DNA of 43,607 nt from positions 1 to 43,607 of the forward strand of contig CALGNW010000005.1 of assembly GCA_937958345.1 (NCBI GenBank), in the 5' to 3' direction. The notes beneath the pieces were generated by a model. That model made no database searches. It saw nothing but the letters and a program-made list of their open reading frames with translations, and was not told where the DNA came from. The position numbers were made by a program, and so were the translations under genes. This DNA is from an uncultured Neomegalonema sp. (lineage in GTDB: Bacteria > Pseudomonadota > Alphaproteobacteria > Rhodobacterales > Rhodobacteraceae). Positions 10,295-21,342 of the stretch are shown here, in pieces; the stretch's first letter is position 1; the number at the start of each line of letters is the position of its first letter.

Positions 10295-11920
10295 TTATAT
10301 CCGGCCATCATACGCCCGCCGACCTACCACTGCGGAAATCAATGTGAACGTGTCACGCTCGAATGCTGCAGTGATGGCAGCGTTTAGGCCGTTGCGGTCG
10401 GTGCAGACTGCGCCGTAACCGCCCATTGCCTCGGCCACCTTTGCAAAGTCGGTTCCCGGAAAATCTACACCCAGATTTGCCATCTGACTGTTGCGTTGCT
10501 TTAGTTCAATCAGGCCCAACTGTTCATCGATGAACGTGACAATCGGGATTCCCAGTTTCAAATCGCGGGCGGTGGCCAATTCGCCAAGGAACATCTCGAC
10601 ACCGGCATCGCCGACAAACGCGATGACCGGACGCTCCGGTTCCGCTAGTTTCCTTCCGATGGCCAGCGGCACTGCGCAACCCATCGTGCAAAGCGCCGTC
10701 GACTGTAAAGTCCCATGCGGCACATCCGCCTGCCAAACCTGAGACATCACAATCCGATGCGCGCCGCTGTCCACAGTCGCAATCGTACCGGCGGGACAGG
10801 CCTTGCGCGCCTCATCCACGATTCCCGCCGGTCCCCACGCCTCGTCGGATTTGAACGCAGTGTGCAGCGCCGCTTTCGCCGCCGCGATCTCGCCATCAGG
10901 CCAATGCACCTGCGGAGCAGGACTGGCGGCAAGCGAGCCGAGTGTCCCGGCGACCGACCCGACAATATTAAGCGCGGACTGGTGCATATAATGCGTGTTG
11001 CCCTCGGCGGTGATATCAATAACACGATGGTCGGGCGTCACCACGTCGCGCCAACCGATGCGCATTTCGATCGGGTCATATCCGGCAAGGATAATGCAAT
11101 CAGAGGCCGCGATCAGGGGCAGCAGAATGCCGTCGGCAATGGGAGACAGCCCTGCCCCGCCGAGCGACAGATCATGGTTTTCAGGCAAGATGCCCTTGGC
11201 CTTGTAGGTTGTGATCAGCGGGATAGAGCGGCTGACGCAGAACTCCGCAACCGCTGCCGCATCCTCCGCTCCGATGGCATCGACACCGGCAATCATAATC
11301 GGTCGTGCAGCGCCGGTCACCCAGTCATCCGCGCGCTTTAAGACCGGGGGCGCGGGAACCATCGCACTCTCGGGTTGATGGCGCGGCATCATCCATTCTG
11401 CGGAAACCTCGCGCTGCACATCAATGGGGACATCCAACACAACCGGCCCGGGCCTGCCCGACGTGGCGATTTTCAGCGCCTTGTCGATCAGAATGCCCGC
11501 TGTGCCTGGCTCAACCCGAAAGACGGCTTTTGTGATCGGTTTCAGAAACGCGACGTGATCGAACACCTGATGGGTATACGTGTGCGCCTCGACCGCCGGA
11601 ACGCAGCCCGTCAGCACGATCATCGGCACGCGGTCCTGCCACGCATTGGCGATGGCATTGGCCGCATTGGCAATGCCGGGTCCGATGGTCGCGAACAAAA
11701 CACCCGGCGCACCATTGGCGTGATACGTGCCCTCGGCCATGAACCCGCCGGAGTTTTCATGCTTGACCAGATTCACCGACAACCCGGCATGGCCCAGCGC
11801 ATCCATCAACGAAAGAACTTCACCGCCGGGGATACCGAAGGCATGCCTGCATCCTGCCCCGAACAACCGCCTTGCGATCACTTCCGAAGCTGAGAGGGCG
11901 GGGTTATCCTCGTTCATCAT
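10295..11920 (-). CDS. Thiamine-diphosphate-dependent enzyme (acetolactate synthase large-subunit-like)
   Basis: N-terminal PYR domain (FGIPGGEV...HENSGGFMAEGY) and C-terminal ThDP motif GDAGVEMFLGELATA. The start is uncertain: ATG at 11920/11917 is preferred, and the ORF track extends to 12001. Confidence 0.8.
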   Translation of the reverse strand: MMNEDNPALSASEVIARRLFGAGCRHAFGIPGGEVLSLMDALGHAGLSVNLVKHENSGGFMAEGTYHANGAPGVLFATIGPGIANAANAIANAWQDRVPMIVLTGCVPAVEAHTYTHQVFDHVAFLKPITKAVFRVEPGTAGILIDKALKIATSGRPGPVVLDVPIDVQREVSAEWMMPRHQPESAMVPAPPVLKRADDWVTGAARPIMIAGVDAIGAEDAAAVAEFCVSRSIPLITTYKAKGILPENHDLSLGGAGLSPIADGILLPLIAASDCIILAGYDPIEMRIGWRDVVTPDHRVIDITAEGNTHYMHQSALNIVGSVAGTLGSLAASPAPQVHWPDGEIAAAKAALHTAFKSDEAWGPAGIVDEARKACPAGTIATVDSGAHRIVMSQVWQADVPHGTLQSTALCTMGCAVPLAIGRKLAEPERPVIAFVGDAGVEMFLGELATARDLKLGIPIVTFIDEQLGLIELKQRNSQMANLGVDFPGTDFAKVAEAMGGYGAVCTDRNGLNAAITAAFERDTFTLISAVVGRRAYDGRI

Positions 11921-12141
11921 AGGGGCACTTCTTTCCATCGCAGCGCAGCGCCGGGCCGGCTTTTTTTCAATCAAATCATCCAATACCGAAATTGACCGCA
12001 TTGCATAGCACCTGTCTTACGCCTCCGCTTTTTGTGAGCGCGCCGAAGCAGTCCAACCGCGCAAAGCGGCGCGCCATCCATCACGCTCAGACAGCCCCCG
12101 ATACCGGCGCTCGACGGATGGGTACAGTGTAAGGTTGATTA

Positions 12142-12155
12142 CGAAAGCGCTTTCG
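12142..12155. promoter_or_regulatory. Candidate LacI-family operator (perfect 14-bp palindrome CGAAAGCGCTTTCG)
   Basis: Perfect palindrome with a central CG, 28 nt upstream of the lacI-family start codon. It fits the generic LacI/GalR operator pattern. Confidence 0.5.
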
Positions 12156-12182
12156 GATTAGCGTTCCGGCAGAGGGAAGAGA

Positions 12183-13250
12183 ATGCAGCGGACGAATCTC
12201 AAGATGCTTGCCGAACACCTGAGCCTGACTCAGGGCACGGTTTCGCGCGCCCTTAACGAATATCCCGACATCAGCAAATCAACGCGAAAGCGGGTTCGCG
12301 AAGCCGCAAACGCCATGGGTTACGCGCCAAACCCAACCGCAAGACGGCTCGCAACAGGCGTGGCCGAAGTTGTCGCCTATGTCTTGCCGGAGCGGCACAG
12401 CGGCATGTCAGAATCCTTCATCGCGCCGCTGTTGCAGGGCATCGGAGAATCGCTGTCCGAGCGCGGGTGGGACTTGCTGGTAACGCAGGCGCGAAACACC
12501 GAAGACGAGATTGCGGCCCTGAGGCGGCTAACCACATCGCGGCAGATAAGCGGAGTCGTCCTTTCAAGGCCGCATAAGAAAGACCCGCGCATCGACTTTC
12601 TGCGCACGACAAACTTTCCGTTCGTGGTCCATGGCCGTTCAGACGACTGCGATGATTACGCTTGGTATGACGTCGACAACAAGGCCGCTTTTACCGACGC
12701 GGTTGAAAGGCTCATCAAGCTGCGGCACAGGCGCATCGGGCTGATCGGCGGGCCGCTGCATTTCAGCTTTGCGCAAATGCGGGCCGAAGGATACGCGGAC
12801 GCCTTGGCACAGCACGGGATCGCCTTTGATTCGGCGCTGGTAAAAACTGCCGCACTCAGTGAAGAGGCTGGCGAGTCGGCTGCCGGTGAATTGCTCGACC
12901 GGAAACATCCCCCGACCGCATTGCTGTGTACGACCGATACACAGGCCCTCGGCGCGTTAACCGCACTTCGCCGCCGCGACCTTATCCCGGGCGAAGATGT
13001 TTCGCTGATCGGCTACGACGGCCTCGCAATAGGCCGCCATACCAATCCCCCGCTCACCACAATGGCACAGCCGCAGGCGGATTCAGGTCGGCGATTGGGA
13101 GAGATGTTGCTCGCCATTATCGACGGCGGAACACCAACCGATTTTCAGGAATTGCACAGCGCAGATTTCCTGAACCGAAAAACCCTCGGCCCCGCGCCGG
13201 AGGGGAAACGAAAGACAACCAACAAAGATACGGAAAAGGGAGAAGACTAA
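12183..13250 (+). CDS. LacI-family transcriptional regulator
   Basis: N-terminal HTH (LKMLAEHLSLTQGTVSRALN) plus a periplasmic-binding-protein-like sugar-binding core. The stop overlaps the next start (TAATG). Confidence 0.9.
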   Translation: MQRTNLKMLAEHLSLTQGTVSRALNEYPDISKSTRKRVREAANAMGYAPNPTARRLATGVAEVVAYVLPERHSGMSESFIAPLLQGIGESLSERGWDLLVTQARNTEDEIAALRRLTTSRQISGVVLSRPHKKDPRIDFLRTTNFPFVVHGRSDDCDDYAWYDVDNKAAFTDAVERLIKLRHRRIGLIGGPLHFSFAQMRAEGYADALAQHGIAFDSALVKTAALSEEAGESAAGELLDRKHPPTALLCTTDTQALGALTALRRRDLIPGEDVSLIGYDGLAIGRHTNPPLTTMAQPQADSGRRLGEMLLAIIDGGTPTDFQELHSADFLNRKTLGPAPEGKRKTTNKDTEKGED

Positions 13251-14590
13251 TGAACCAGTTCACAAAATTCGCCGCAGGAGTGCTGTTGTCCAGCACCATG
13301 CTTTCGCCCGCATGGGCCGATGAGATCACCTTCTGGACGATGGAAGAACAACCCGACCGCATGGAGCGCCAGCAGCAGATCGCTGATGCCTTTAAGAAAG
13401 AGACGGGCCACACGGTCAAAGTTGTGCCGGTCACGGAAAAAGACATCGCAACCCGCGCAACGGCTGCATTTGCCGCAGGCGACCTGCCGGATGTTCTGAA
13501 CCACACCGTCCAGCACCTGTTGCCCTTCGCCGAAGCCGGCATTCTTGATCCGGGCGCGGCGACGGACGTCGTCGAAAGCCTCGGCGCGGACACCTTTGCT
13601 GCCGGTCCGTTGAACATGGCGAAATCCAACGGCGAAATCGTCTCGGTCCCGACCGATGGCTGGACGCAGCTTGTCGTCTATCGCAAAGACCTGTTCGAAG
13701 AGGCCGGTCTCGCCGCGCCCACGACGTTCTCCGACATCACGACGGCAATCAGCGCGCTGCATAATCCGCCATCGCGCTACGGCTTTGTGACCGCAACGAA
13801 GATCGACGAAACCTATATGATGCAGCTGATCGAGCACATCTCGCTCGCCGCAGGGTATTCGCCGGTCAACGACGACGGCTCGGTCAACGAGGACACAGCG
13901 GCGCTGAAAGAAGTCCTGAAATTCTACAAGGCGATTGCCGATGCTTCGCCGGAGGGCGACCTGTACTGGAAGCAATCGCGCGAGCTTTATCTGGCGGGTA
14001 AGGCTGCAATGATTATCTGGTCGCCATCCCTGCTCGACGAGCTGGGCGGCCTGCGCGATTCCGCGCCAGTCACCATCGACGACGATCCAACGTCCAAAGA
14101 GCTGGCGGGCAACACAGGCTTCGTCACTGTATTCTCGGGTTGGGGTCCGAATGACGGCGCGGCCTATGCCGACGTTCGCTATCTCGGGATCACCGCCGAT
14201 GCGAACAGCGAAGTTGCCGGCGAGTTTGTCGAGTTCGTCCTGTCCGAAGGATACAGTGACTGGCTCGGAATGGCCCCCGAAGGCAAGTTTCCGGTGCGCC
14301 GTGGCGACAAGGCCGGCGACACCTCTTACGAGGCTATGTGGTCCGGTCTCGACGTCGGCGTCGACCGCAAGGCTCCGCTGGGTGACATCTACGAAAAGGC
14401 CGTCATAGACGACATCGTAGCCGGACTGTCTGTCGCCGACCGCTGGGGTGCATCCTCGGGGCAACTCGCAACTGCATCCAAGATGGTCAACGCGCGCGTG
14501 ATGTCGCAGGTCATCCGCAAATATATTGACGGCGAAGTGTCGCTCGATGACGCGGCGGAAGAGATCATCGCCAAGCACAAAGCACTTTAA
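13250..14590 (+). CDS. ABC transporter extracellular solute-binding protein (family 1, carbohydrate type)
   Basis: Start set at the ATG at 13250 (AAGGGAGAAG upstream), which gives the signal peptide MNQFTKFAAGVLLSSTMLSPAWA. The ORF-track N-terminal extension overlaps lacI. Confidence 0.85.
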   Translation: MNQFTKFAAGVLLSSTMLSPAWADEITFWTMEEQPDRMERQQQIADAFKKETGHTVKVVPVTEKDIATRATAAFAAGDLPDVLNHTVQHLLPFAEAGILDPGAATDVVESLGADTFAAGPLNMAKSNGEIVSVPTDGWTQLVVYRKDLFEEAGLAAPTTFSDITTAISALHNPPSRYGFVTATKIDETYMMQLIEHISLAAGYSPVNDDGSVNEDTAALKEVLKFYKAIADASPEGDLYWKQSRELYLAGKAAMIIWSPSLLDELGGLRDSAPVTIDDDPTSKELAGNTGFVTVFSGWGPNDGAAYADVRYLGITADANSEVAGEFVEFVLSEGYSDWLGMAPEGKFPVRRGDKAGDTSYEAMWSGLDVGVDRKAPLGDIYEKAVIDDIVAGLSVADRWGASSGQLATASKMVNARVMSQVIRKYIDGEVSLDDAAEEIIAKHKAL

Positions 14591-14601
14591 GGCCCGATGA
14601 A

Positions 14602-15894
14602 ATGATCGAGGCAGAAGCACCCAAGCCGCCAAAAGAAGCGGGAGCATTGGCGAAGCGTGAAACGCGCCTCGCTTATGCGATGCTTCTGCCTACCTTCCTG
14701 ATCGTCCTCGGTATCGTTCTCGGGCCGTTGCTCGCGAACTTCTGGATCAGTTTCAAGCCGGTTGAATTGGCCGACCTGCGTGCCGCTGCTCCTGTCGTCA
14801 ATGAACAACTTCGTCCGCGCCCCAGCACGGCGGGCGAAGCAGTCATCCTTCGCTATCGCCTCAGGAATTCTTCTCAGAAAGATCCAATAACAGGCGTCAC
14901 TCTTAAAGATGAACTTCCCGTGGGAATATCCGTCACGGTGAATGACGAGCGGTGCTCGCTCGTCGGCCGGACGCTGGATTGCGACTTTGGCAGGCTGGAC
15001 GCGAAAGAGCGGCTGGAACTGAAATTTCCCACCATCGTTTCCCAAGCTTACCTCGACAGCGGAATACGCGCCCGCGACACAAAGCCAATTCTCACTGGCG
15101 GCGGGCGCAACGTTCTGACGTCATTTGATTTCACGCTGGATAATTTCCGTAAAATATTTGCATCGGACGAGTTCTGGACGATCCTGAAAGTCTCGCTCTA
15201 CTACACAATTTTCGGCACAATCGGCGCGTTGGTTCTGGGTCTCTTCGCGGCACAGTTGCTGAACACTGCATTTGCGGGCCGCAATATCCTGCGCGGCCTG
15301 TTCCTCTTTCCCTATGTCGCACCTGTCATCGCTGTTGCGTTTGCATGGGTTCTGCTGCTGGACGCCGGACCCGGCGGGACGCTCAATGCAATTTTCCAAC
15401 GGATGGGAATGACGGAAGGGCCGATCAACTTTCTCGGCCAAAAATCGATACCATTCACAATATTCGGCATGTCATTCGAGTTTCCGCTGGCGCTGACGAC
15501 GGTGATCGCTTTTGAGGCATGGCGTTATTTTCCCTTGTCGTTTCTTTTCATTCTGGCCCGCATGCAATCCATCTCGTCCGAGATGTACGAGGCAGCCGAG
15601 ATGGACGGCGCGACACCATTGCAGCAATTTTGGTCAATCTCCCTGCCGCAACTGGTTGGTATTCTCGCGGTCCTGTTCCTGCTGCGCTTCATTTGGACCT
15701 TCAACAAGTTTGACGACATCTTCCTGCTGACCGGCGGCGCCGCCGGAACCCGGACATTGACCGTCGATGTCTATGAACAGGCATTCGCGGTATCGAATCT
15801 GGGGGCCGGGGCAGCAGTTGCGGTTGTCGTCTTCGCCGTCTTGCTCTTCTTCGCGCTGATCTTCTTCAAATTCTCACCACAGGATGATCGATAA
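14602..15894 (+). CDS. Carbohydrate ABC transporter permease (MalF/UgpA-like) with a large periplasmic loop insert after TM1
   Basis: 430 aa. EAA-type loop (EAAEMDGATPLQQFWSISLP). About 130 extra residues lie between TM1 and TM2. Confidence 0.85.
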   Translation: MIEAEAPKPPKEAGALAKRETRLAYAMLLPTFLIVLGIVLGPLLANFWISFKPVELADLRAAAPVVNEQLRPRPSTAGEAVILRYRLRNSSQKDPITGVTLKDELPVGISVTVNDERCSLVGRTLDCDFGRLDAKERLELKFPTIVSQAYLDSGIRARDTKPILTGGGRNVLTSFDFTLDNFRKIFASDEFWTILKVSLYYTIFGTIGALVLGLFAAQLLNTAFAGRNILRGLFLFPYVAPVIAVAFAWVLLLDAGPGGTLNAIFQRMGMTEGPINFLGQKSIPFTIFGMSFEFPLALTTVIAFEAWRYFPLSFLFILARMQSISSEMYEAAEMDGATPLQQFWSISLPQLVGILAVLFLLRFIWTFNKFDDIFLLTGGAAGTRTLTVDVYEQAFAVSNLGAGAAVAVVVFAVLLFFALIFFKFSPQDDR

Positions 15895-17124
15895 ATGCGG
15901 GGCGGTTTGATCTTTGTCAGCACACTCACCGTCGGCGCACTTTGGGGTGCGGTCTGGATGATCGTTGTCGGACTGCTGCTCATGCTGATCTCCGGCGCCG
16001 TTGCTGCGCCTCCGGTCGGTCTGGCGGCACTGACCGGTGTGATCGGCGCTATCGCCTATCTGCTAACTCAGAGGCAACAGCGCACCCGTAAGACCCTTGT
16101 GATATACGGCGCAGGAATTGCGGTTGTCTTGCTGGCGCTCACGCGGTTTGCGCCGTTCGGTCTGTCGTTTGAAACTGCTCCGATGTATCAAGCCGCTGCG
16201 CTATGCGCATTTGCCCTGCTTGTTATCGTCTCGGTCCATCGCTGCCTTGATGGCTACGCGCCGGAGCGGATCGGGCGGTACGCCTTTGAAGTCCTGTTGC
16301 TCCGCCTTCTGAAGGGCATAGGCTTTGTTGTCTTTTCGATTGTTGTCGTCCTGCCCTTCTACGTGATGGTGATGACCAGCTTGAAAAGCCAGCAGTCGCT
16401 CATGGCAAACCCGCTGGATTTCTCCATCGACATCGGTCAGGGCGCGAGCAGTCTTTTCCGATCTTACCGCGAGTTATTTACCGAGTTCCATTTCGGTTCA
16501 TTCCTGCTCAATTCGGCGATTGTCTCGGTTGTGACAGTGATCGTGACGCTCGCCTTTGCAATCCCCGGTGCATACGCCGTGGCAAGACTGAAATTTCCGG
16601 GGCAGGCATTTTTGTCCCGCTCGATCCTGCTGATCTACATGGTTCCCGCTATCGTGCTGGTGATCCCGCTCTATGCCGTTTTCTCACAGATGGGCCTGCG
16701 TAATTCGCTAACCGGCCTGATGATCGTCTATCCGGCCACCACGATCCCCGTCGCGCTCTATATGCTGCAAGGCTATTTTCGCGGCTTACCCGCCGAACTG
16801 GAGGATGCAGGACTGATGGACGGGCTCACGCGCATTGGCGTGATCTGGAAAGTCACTCTGCCGCTGGCACTGCCCGCACTGGCCTCCGTCTCGCTGTATG
16901 TCTTTATGATCGCATGGAACGAGTTCCTGTTCGCGTTCATGTTTCTGGACGATCTGGATATATTCACCCTGTCGCGCGGCGTGGTATCTCTTAATTCGTC
17001 CGAAGTGCCACGCCAGCATTTGATGGCGGGCGCAGTCGTCGCAACTGTTCCTGTGCTGGCACTTTTCCTCTGGTTCGAACGGTTCTTGGTCGGCGGGCTG
17101 ACCGCAGGGAGTGTCAAGGGATGA
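15895..17124 (+). CDS. Carbohydrate ABC transporter permease (MalG/UgpE-like) with N-terminal multi-TM extension
   Basis: 409 aa. EAA loop (EDAGLMDGLTRIGVIWKVTLP). The ATG follows the upstream TAA directly. The first ~125 aa are additional hydrophobic helices, and no internal Met sits at the canonical start. Confidence 0.8.
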   Translation: MRGGLIFVSTLTVGALWGAVWMIVVGLLLMLISGAVAAPPVGLAALTGVIGAIAYLLTQRQQRTRKTLVIYGAGIAVVLLALTRFAPFGLSFETAPMYQAAALCAFALLVIVSVHRCLDGYAPERIGRYAFEVLLLRLLKGIGFVVFSIVVVLPFYVMVMTSLKSQQSLMANPLDFSIDIGQGASSLFRSYRELFTEFHFGSFLLNSAIVSVVTVIVTLAFAIPGAYAVARLKFPGQAFLSRSILLIYMVPAIVLVIPLYAVFSQMGLRNSLTGLMIVYPATTIPVALYMLQGYFRGLPAELEDAGLMDGLTRIGVIWKVTLPLALPALASVSLYVFMIAWNEFLFAFMFLDDLDIFTLSRGVVSLNSSEVPRQHLMAGAVVATVPVLALFLWFERFLVGGLTAGSVKG

Positions 17125-18401
17125 ACGACCTAGACGAACAGGCCCGCGCGATCCTGCGAAAAAACGACCGCGGCGGTTATACCGTCCCGACAGCAAGACT
17201 GTACCCCTATCAGTGGAACTGGGACTCGGCCTTTGTTGCCCTCGGCTTTGCGACATTTGACCGTCAGCGCGCATGGCAGGAATTAGACATGCTGTTGGAG
17301 GGACAATGGCCTAACGGCATGGTTCCGCACATCCTGTTCCGGCGCGACGATCCCGACTATTTTCCGGGGCCGAGTGTGTGGCAGGCCAATCGGGGGCCGA
17401 TCCCGTCGGGTGGTATTTCGCAGCCTCCGGTCCTGTCTTCGATCGTTCAGGCACTTGTTGACACAGGCGGCGAGGCGGATGCGCGGCGCGCCGAGGCCAT
17501 GTTCGATAAACTCTGCCTGTGGCACCGGTGGTGGCATACCGAGCGCAAGCCAAAGGGCTGTCCGGTGGTCGCAACGGTTCACCCGTGGGAAACGGGCCGC
17601 GACAACTGTCCCGACTGGAATATCGGTATGGACGCGATGGCCGTTCATGCCGATCTCGAACCTTACACCCGCATGGACACCCAGCACGCCAATCCGGCGC
17701 AACGCCCCAGCAAAGATCAGTATGACAAGTTCGTCACGATCATAAAGTTCGGGCGCGATTGCGGCTGGGACCAGAGTATCCTGACCAACGAGGGGCCGTT
17801 CCTGATGGCCGACCCCGGCATTCATTTCATCTTGCTGCGCGCAGACCGGGACTTGCAAAAGCTGGCAGCCCGGTTCGGGCGGGGCACGTCCGAAATCGAA
17901 AGCTGGATAGACGCAGGGACAACCGGCAGCGACTACTTTTGGAACGCGCAGGCCAATGCATTCTGCGCGCGCGATGTCCACAGCGGAAAGTTCTCCGACG
18001 GCTTCACCAATGCCAGCGCGCTCTGTTTTTATGCGGATGCCGGTTCCGAAGATCAACGCGCGGCCACCGTCGCTCACATCGAACGTATCGGTGCGGCGGC
18101 AAAATACATGCTCCCGAGTTGGGACCCCGAAGCGCCGATGTTCGAGGCGCAACGCTACTGGTGCGGACCGATATGGACCCAGATGAACTATATCGCCGCC
18201 AAGGGATTGGCCGAGGCAGGGCATGCCGATCTCGCAAGTCGCCTGCGATCCGACTTACGCGCAATGATCGAACAATCCGGTTTCTACGAATGCTTCGATC
18301 CGATGACAGGCGCCGGGTGCATCGGAACTGATTTTTCATGGACTGCCGCGATGTGGTTGACATGGGCATCGCCGACGGCGCTGTCCGCAGGGGAGGCATA
18401 G
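17121..18401 (+). CDS. GH63-like glycoside hydrolase (mannosylglycerate/glucosylglycerate-hydrolase-like, (alpha/alpha)6 barrel)
   Basis: Motifs YPYQWNWDSAF and HPWETGRDNCPDW are typical of MGH1-like/GH63 enzymes. ATGA overlap with the upstream permease gene. Confidence 0.7.
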   Translation: MNDLDEQARAILRKNDRGGYTVPTARLYPYQWNWDSAFVALGFATFDRQRAWQELDMLLEGQWPNGMVPHILFRRDDPDYFPGPSVWQANRGPIPSGGISQPPVLSSIVQALVDTGGEADARRAEAMFDKLCLWHRWWHTERKPKGCPVVATVHPWETGRDNCPDWNIGMDAMAVHADLEPYTRMDTQHANPAQRPSKDQYDKFVTIIKFGRDCGWDQSILTNEGPFLMADPGIHFILLRADRDLQKLAARFGRGTSEIESWIDAGTTGSDYFWNAQANAFCARDVHSGKFSDGFTNASALCFYADAGSEDQRAATVAHIERIGAAAKYMLPSWDPEAPMFEAQRYWCGPIWTQMNYIAAKGLAEAGHADLASRLRSDLRAMIEQSGFYECFDPMTGAGCIGTDFSWTAAMWLTWASPTALSAGEA

Positions 18402-19457
<1,056 letters not shown>

Positions 19458-19462
19458 CTGCG

Positions 19463-20680
19463 ATGGTGCATTTCGATCCGCTGTCGTCCGCTTTCGCCGC
19501 CGATCCCTACAGCGCCTACCGCAAGCTGAGGGAGGCAGACGCGCCCTACTATTATGCGGATCAGGATATGGTGCTGCTGTCGCGGTATGAAGATGTCCGC
19601 GCGGTCGCCGCAAATCCGATGATGGTGCGGTCACTCGACGGCATCGAAACCGGCGCCGAAGCCCGCGAACGGCAAGTGCGGGCAAATTGGCATGACATGC
19701 CTTTCCATGAACGCGTGGTTCAATTCAGCCTGCTGGACAGTGATGGCGCAATTCACCGACGCCTGCGCAAGCAGGTTTTCGGTGCATTCACCAACGCCGG
19801 ACTGGAGGGTATGGAGCCGACCATCCAAGCCTTCGTAGACTCACTTCTCGACGGCCTTGCGGACCATGAGCAGTTCGATTTCATCGCGGATTTTGCCGCA
19901 CACATCCCCGGTTTTGTCATCGGCCATCTGCTCGGCGTTCCGGCGGAACACGCGACGCAACTGCGAGTTTGGTCGGAACAGGTGGTCCAATTCTTTGACG
20001 TTGATCGCAGTGAGGCCCGCAAGGCAACCGCCGAGAACGCGACCCGCGAATTCTACATCTTCCTGTCAGAACTCAAGGCCGCCCGCACACGTTCACCCCG
20101 CCGCGATCTTATCTCGAAAATGATCGCAGACGAACAAAACGGCCTCTACACCGAAGATGAGTTCATTTCGACATGTATGCTCATCCTGATGGCGGGGCAT
20201 GGGTCGACCATCGACGTGCTGGGCACAGGAATGTACGCGCTGCTGACCCATCCCGCAGCAACCGCTAACCTCCGGCGCGATCCGTCCGCCCTGCCCCGGG
20301 CGATCCAGGAAATGTTCCGTTACGAGGCGCCCTTGCCCTTCTTTCACCGGCACGCTCTCAGCGAGACATCCCTGCGCGGTCATACCTATCCTGCCGGAAC
20401 CACGTTCGGCCTGCTATACGGGGCCGCCAATCGTGACCCGGATATATTCGACGCACCTGATCGATTTGACATAGACCGGCAGCCGAACCGCCACCTCGCC
20501 TTTGGCCTCGGCGCGCATTTATGTCTCGGAAACAACCTGGCCCGTCTGAATATGCGCGTAATCTTTGAGACATTGCTGGCACGCTTTCCCGCCATCGAAC
20601 TTGCTGGGGATCACGTGACCTACAAAGCCGGGCTGTCAGTGCGCGGCATTAAGACACTGCCGGTTTCGACCTCGGCGTAA
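19463..20680 (+). CDS. Cytochrome P450
   Basis: Heme-thiolate loop FGLGAHLCLGNNLA, I-helix MAGHGST and EXXR (EMFR). Starts 5 nt after the ABC ATPase stop. Confidence 0.9.
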   Translation: MVHFDPLSSAFAADPYSAYRKLREADAPYYYADQDMVLLSRYEDVRAVAANPMMVRSLDGIETGAEARERQVRANWHDMPFHERVVQFSLLDSDGAIHRRLRKQVFGAFTNAGLEGMEPTIQAFVDSLLDGLADHEQFDFIADFAAHIPGFVIGHLLGVPAEHATQLRVWSEQVVQFFDVDRSEARKATAENATREFYIFLSELKAARTRSPRRDLISKMIADEQNGLYTEDEFISTCMLILMAGHGSTIDVLGTGMYALLTHPAATANLRRDPSALPRAIQEMFRYEAPLPFFHRHALSETSLRGHTYPAGTTFGLLYGAANRDPDIFDAPDRFDIDRQPNRHLAFGLGAHLCLGNNLARLNMRVIFETLLARFPAIELAGDHVTYKAGLSVRGIKTLPVSTSA

Positions 20681-20923
20681 TGGCCGTTTCACAAGCCAAC
20701 TGCACAGCGTCGTTGCCTCATCTGAATATGATTCTAAACGGTCTACCCTCTTGAATTTACTCAAATTCGTATTTTTCATTGAATTGCTAAAATTTTAGGC
20801 AATTAGATTAAGTAATGTTTTTCAATACCATAGCGCCTTTTCCGTACAATTAGGTAAAATTTACCGCCTGGCCCCTTTGACAAATTGTCACATAAACCCC
20901 TTATTCCTTTTATCGAATGAAAG

Positions 20924-21334
20924 ATGTGCGGGGGCACCACTGTTAAGGCCCGAACAATGTTTCACTCCCGACTGAATATCCCGATTGAGAAAATGCCTAG
21001 TGCACAACTCAATACAGACCCCGAAGAAACACGTAAAAGGCTCGTCGCGACGGCTCAACGCGCGGCGCTTGAGAACAAAATCTGCGCACGAGAAGAAGCG
21101 ATGCGCGGGTCATTCCGGTTTGCAAAAATTCACGAAGCGGCCAGCATCGAATACGAACAGGATGCACTGGCGATGGCTGATGCGCACATGCCGCCTCATC
21201 ATCCCATCACCCACTACATGGAAACCGCGAACTCATACGATCGCTACGATGAGCGCCGACGGAAGGAAAAAGACAAAGACCGCCAACTGACCTTCGGTCG
21301 GTTAAACGGTTCGGCCCATCGGACCGGAACGTAA
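20924..21334 (+). CDS. Hypothetical protein (no recognisable family); start ambiguous (20924, 20957 or 20993)
   Basis: The only sizeable ORF between P450 and the VanZ-like gene. Charged, His-rich product. Preceded by a strongly AT-rich region. No convincing RBS. Confidence 0.4.
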   Translation: MCGGTTVKARTMFHSRLNIPIEKMPSAQLNTDPEETRKRLVATAQRAALENKICAREEAMRGSFRFAKIHEAASIEYEQDALAMADAHMPPHHPITHYMETANSYDRYDERRRKEKDKDRQLTFGRLNGSAHRTGT

Positions 21335-21342
21335 CGACCGCG

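Noticed and set aside
13247-14647. 466-aa ORF antisense to the ABC binding-protein gene. Similar long antisense ORFs occur at 786-1868, 1741-2739, 17283-18224, 25717-26925, 36409-37449 and 40187-40963.
   Set aside because: Each lies opposite a gene with clear family motifs. Their products are Arg/Gly/Asp/His-rich with no motifs. These are the shadow ORFs expected in GC-rich DNA, where stop codons are rare in off frames.
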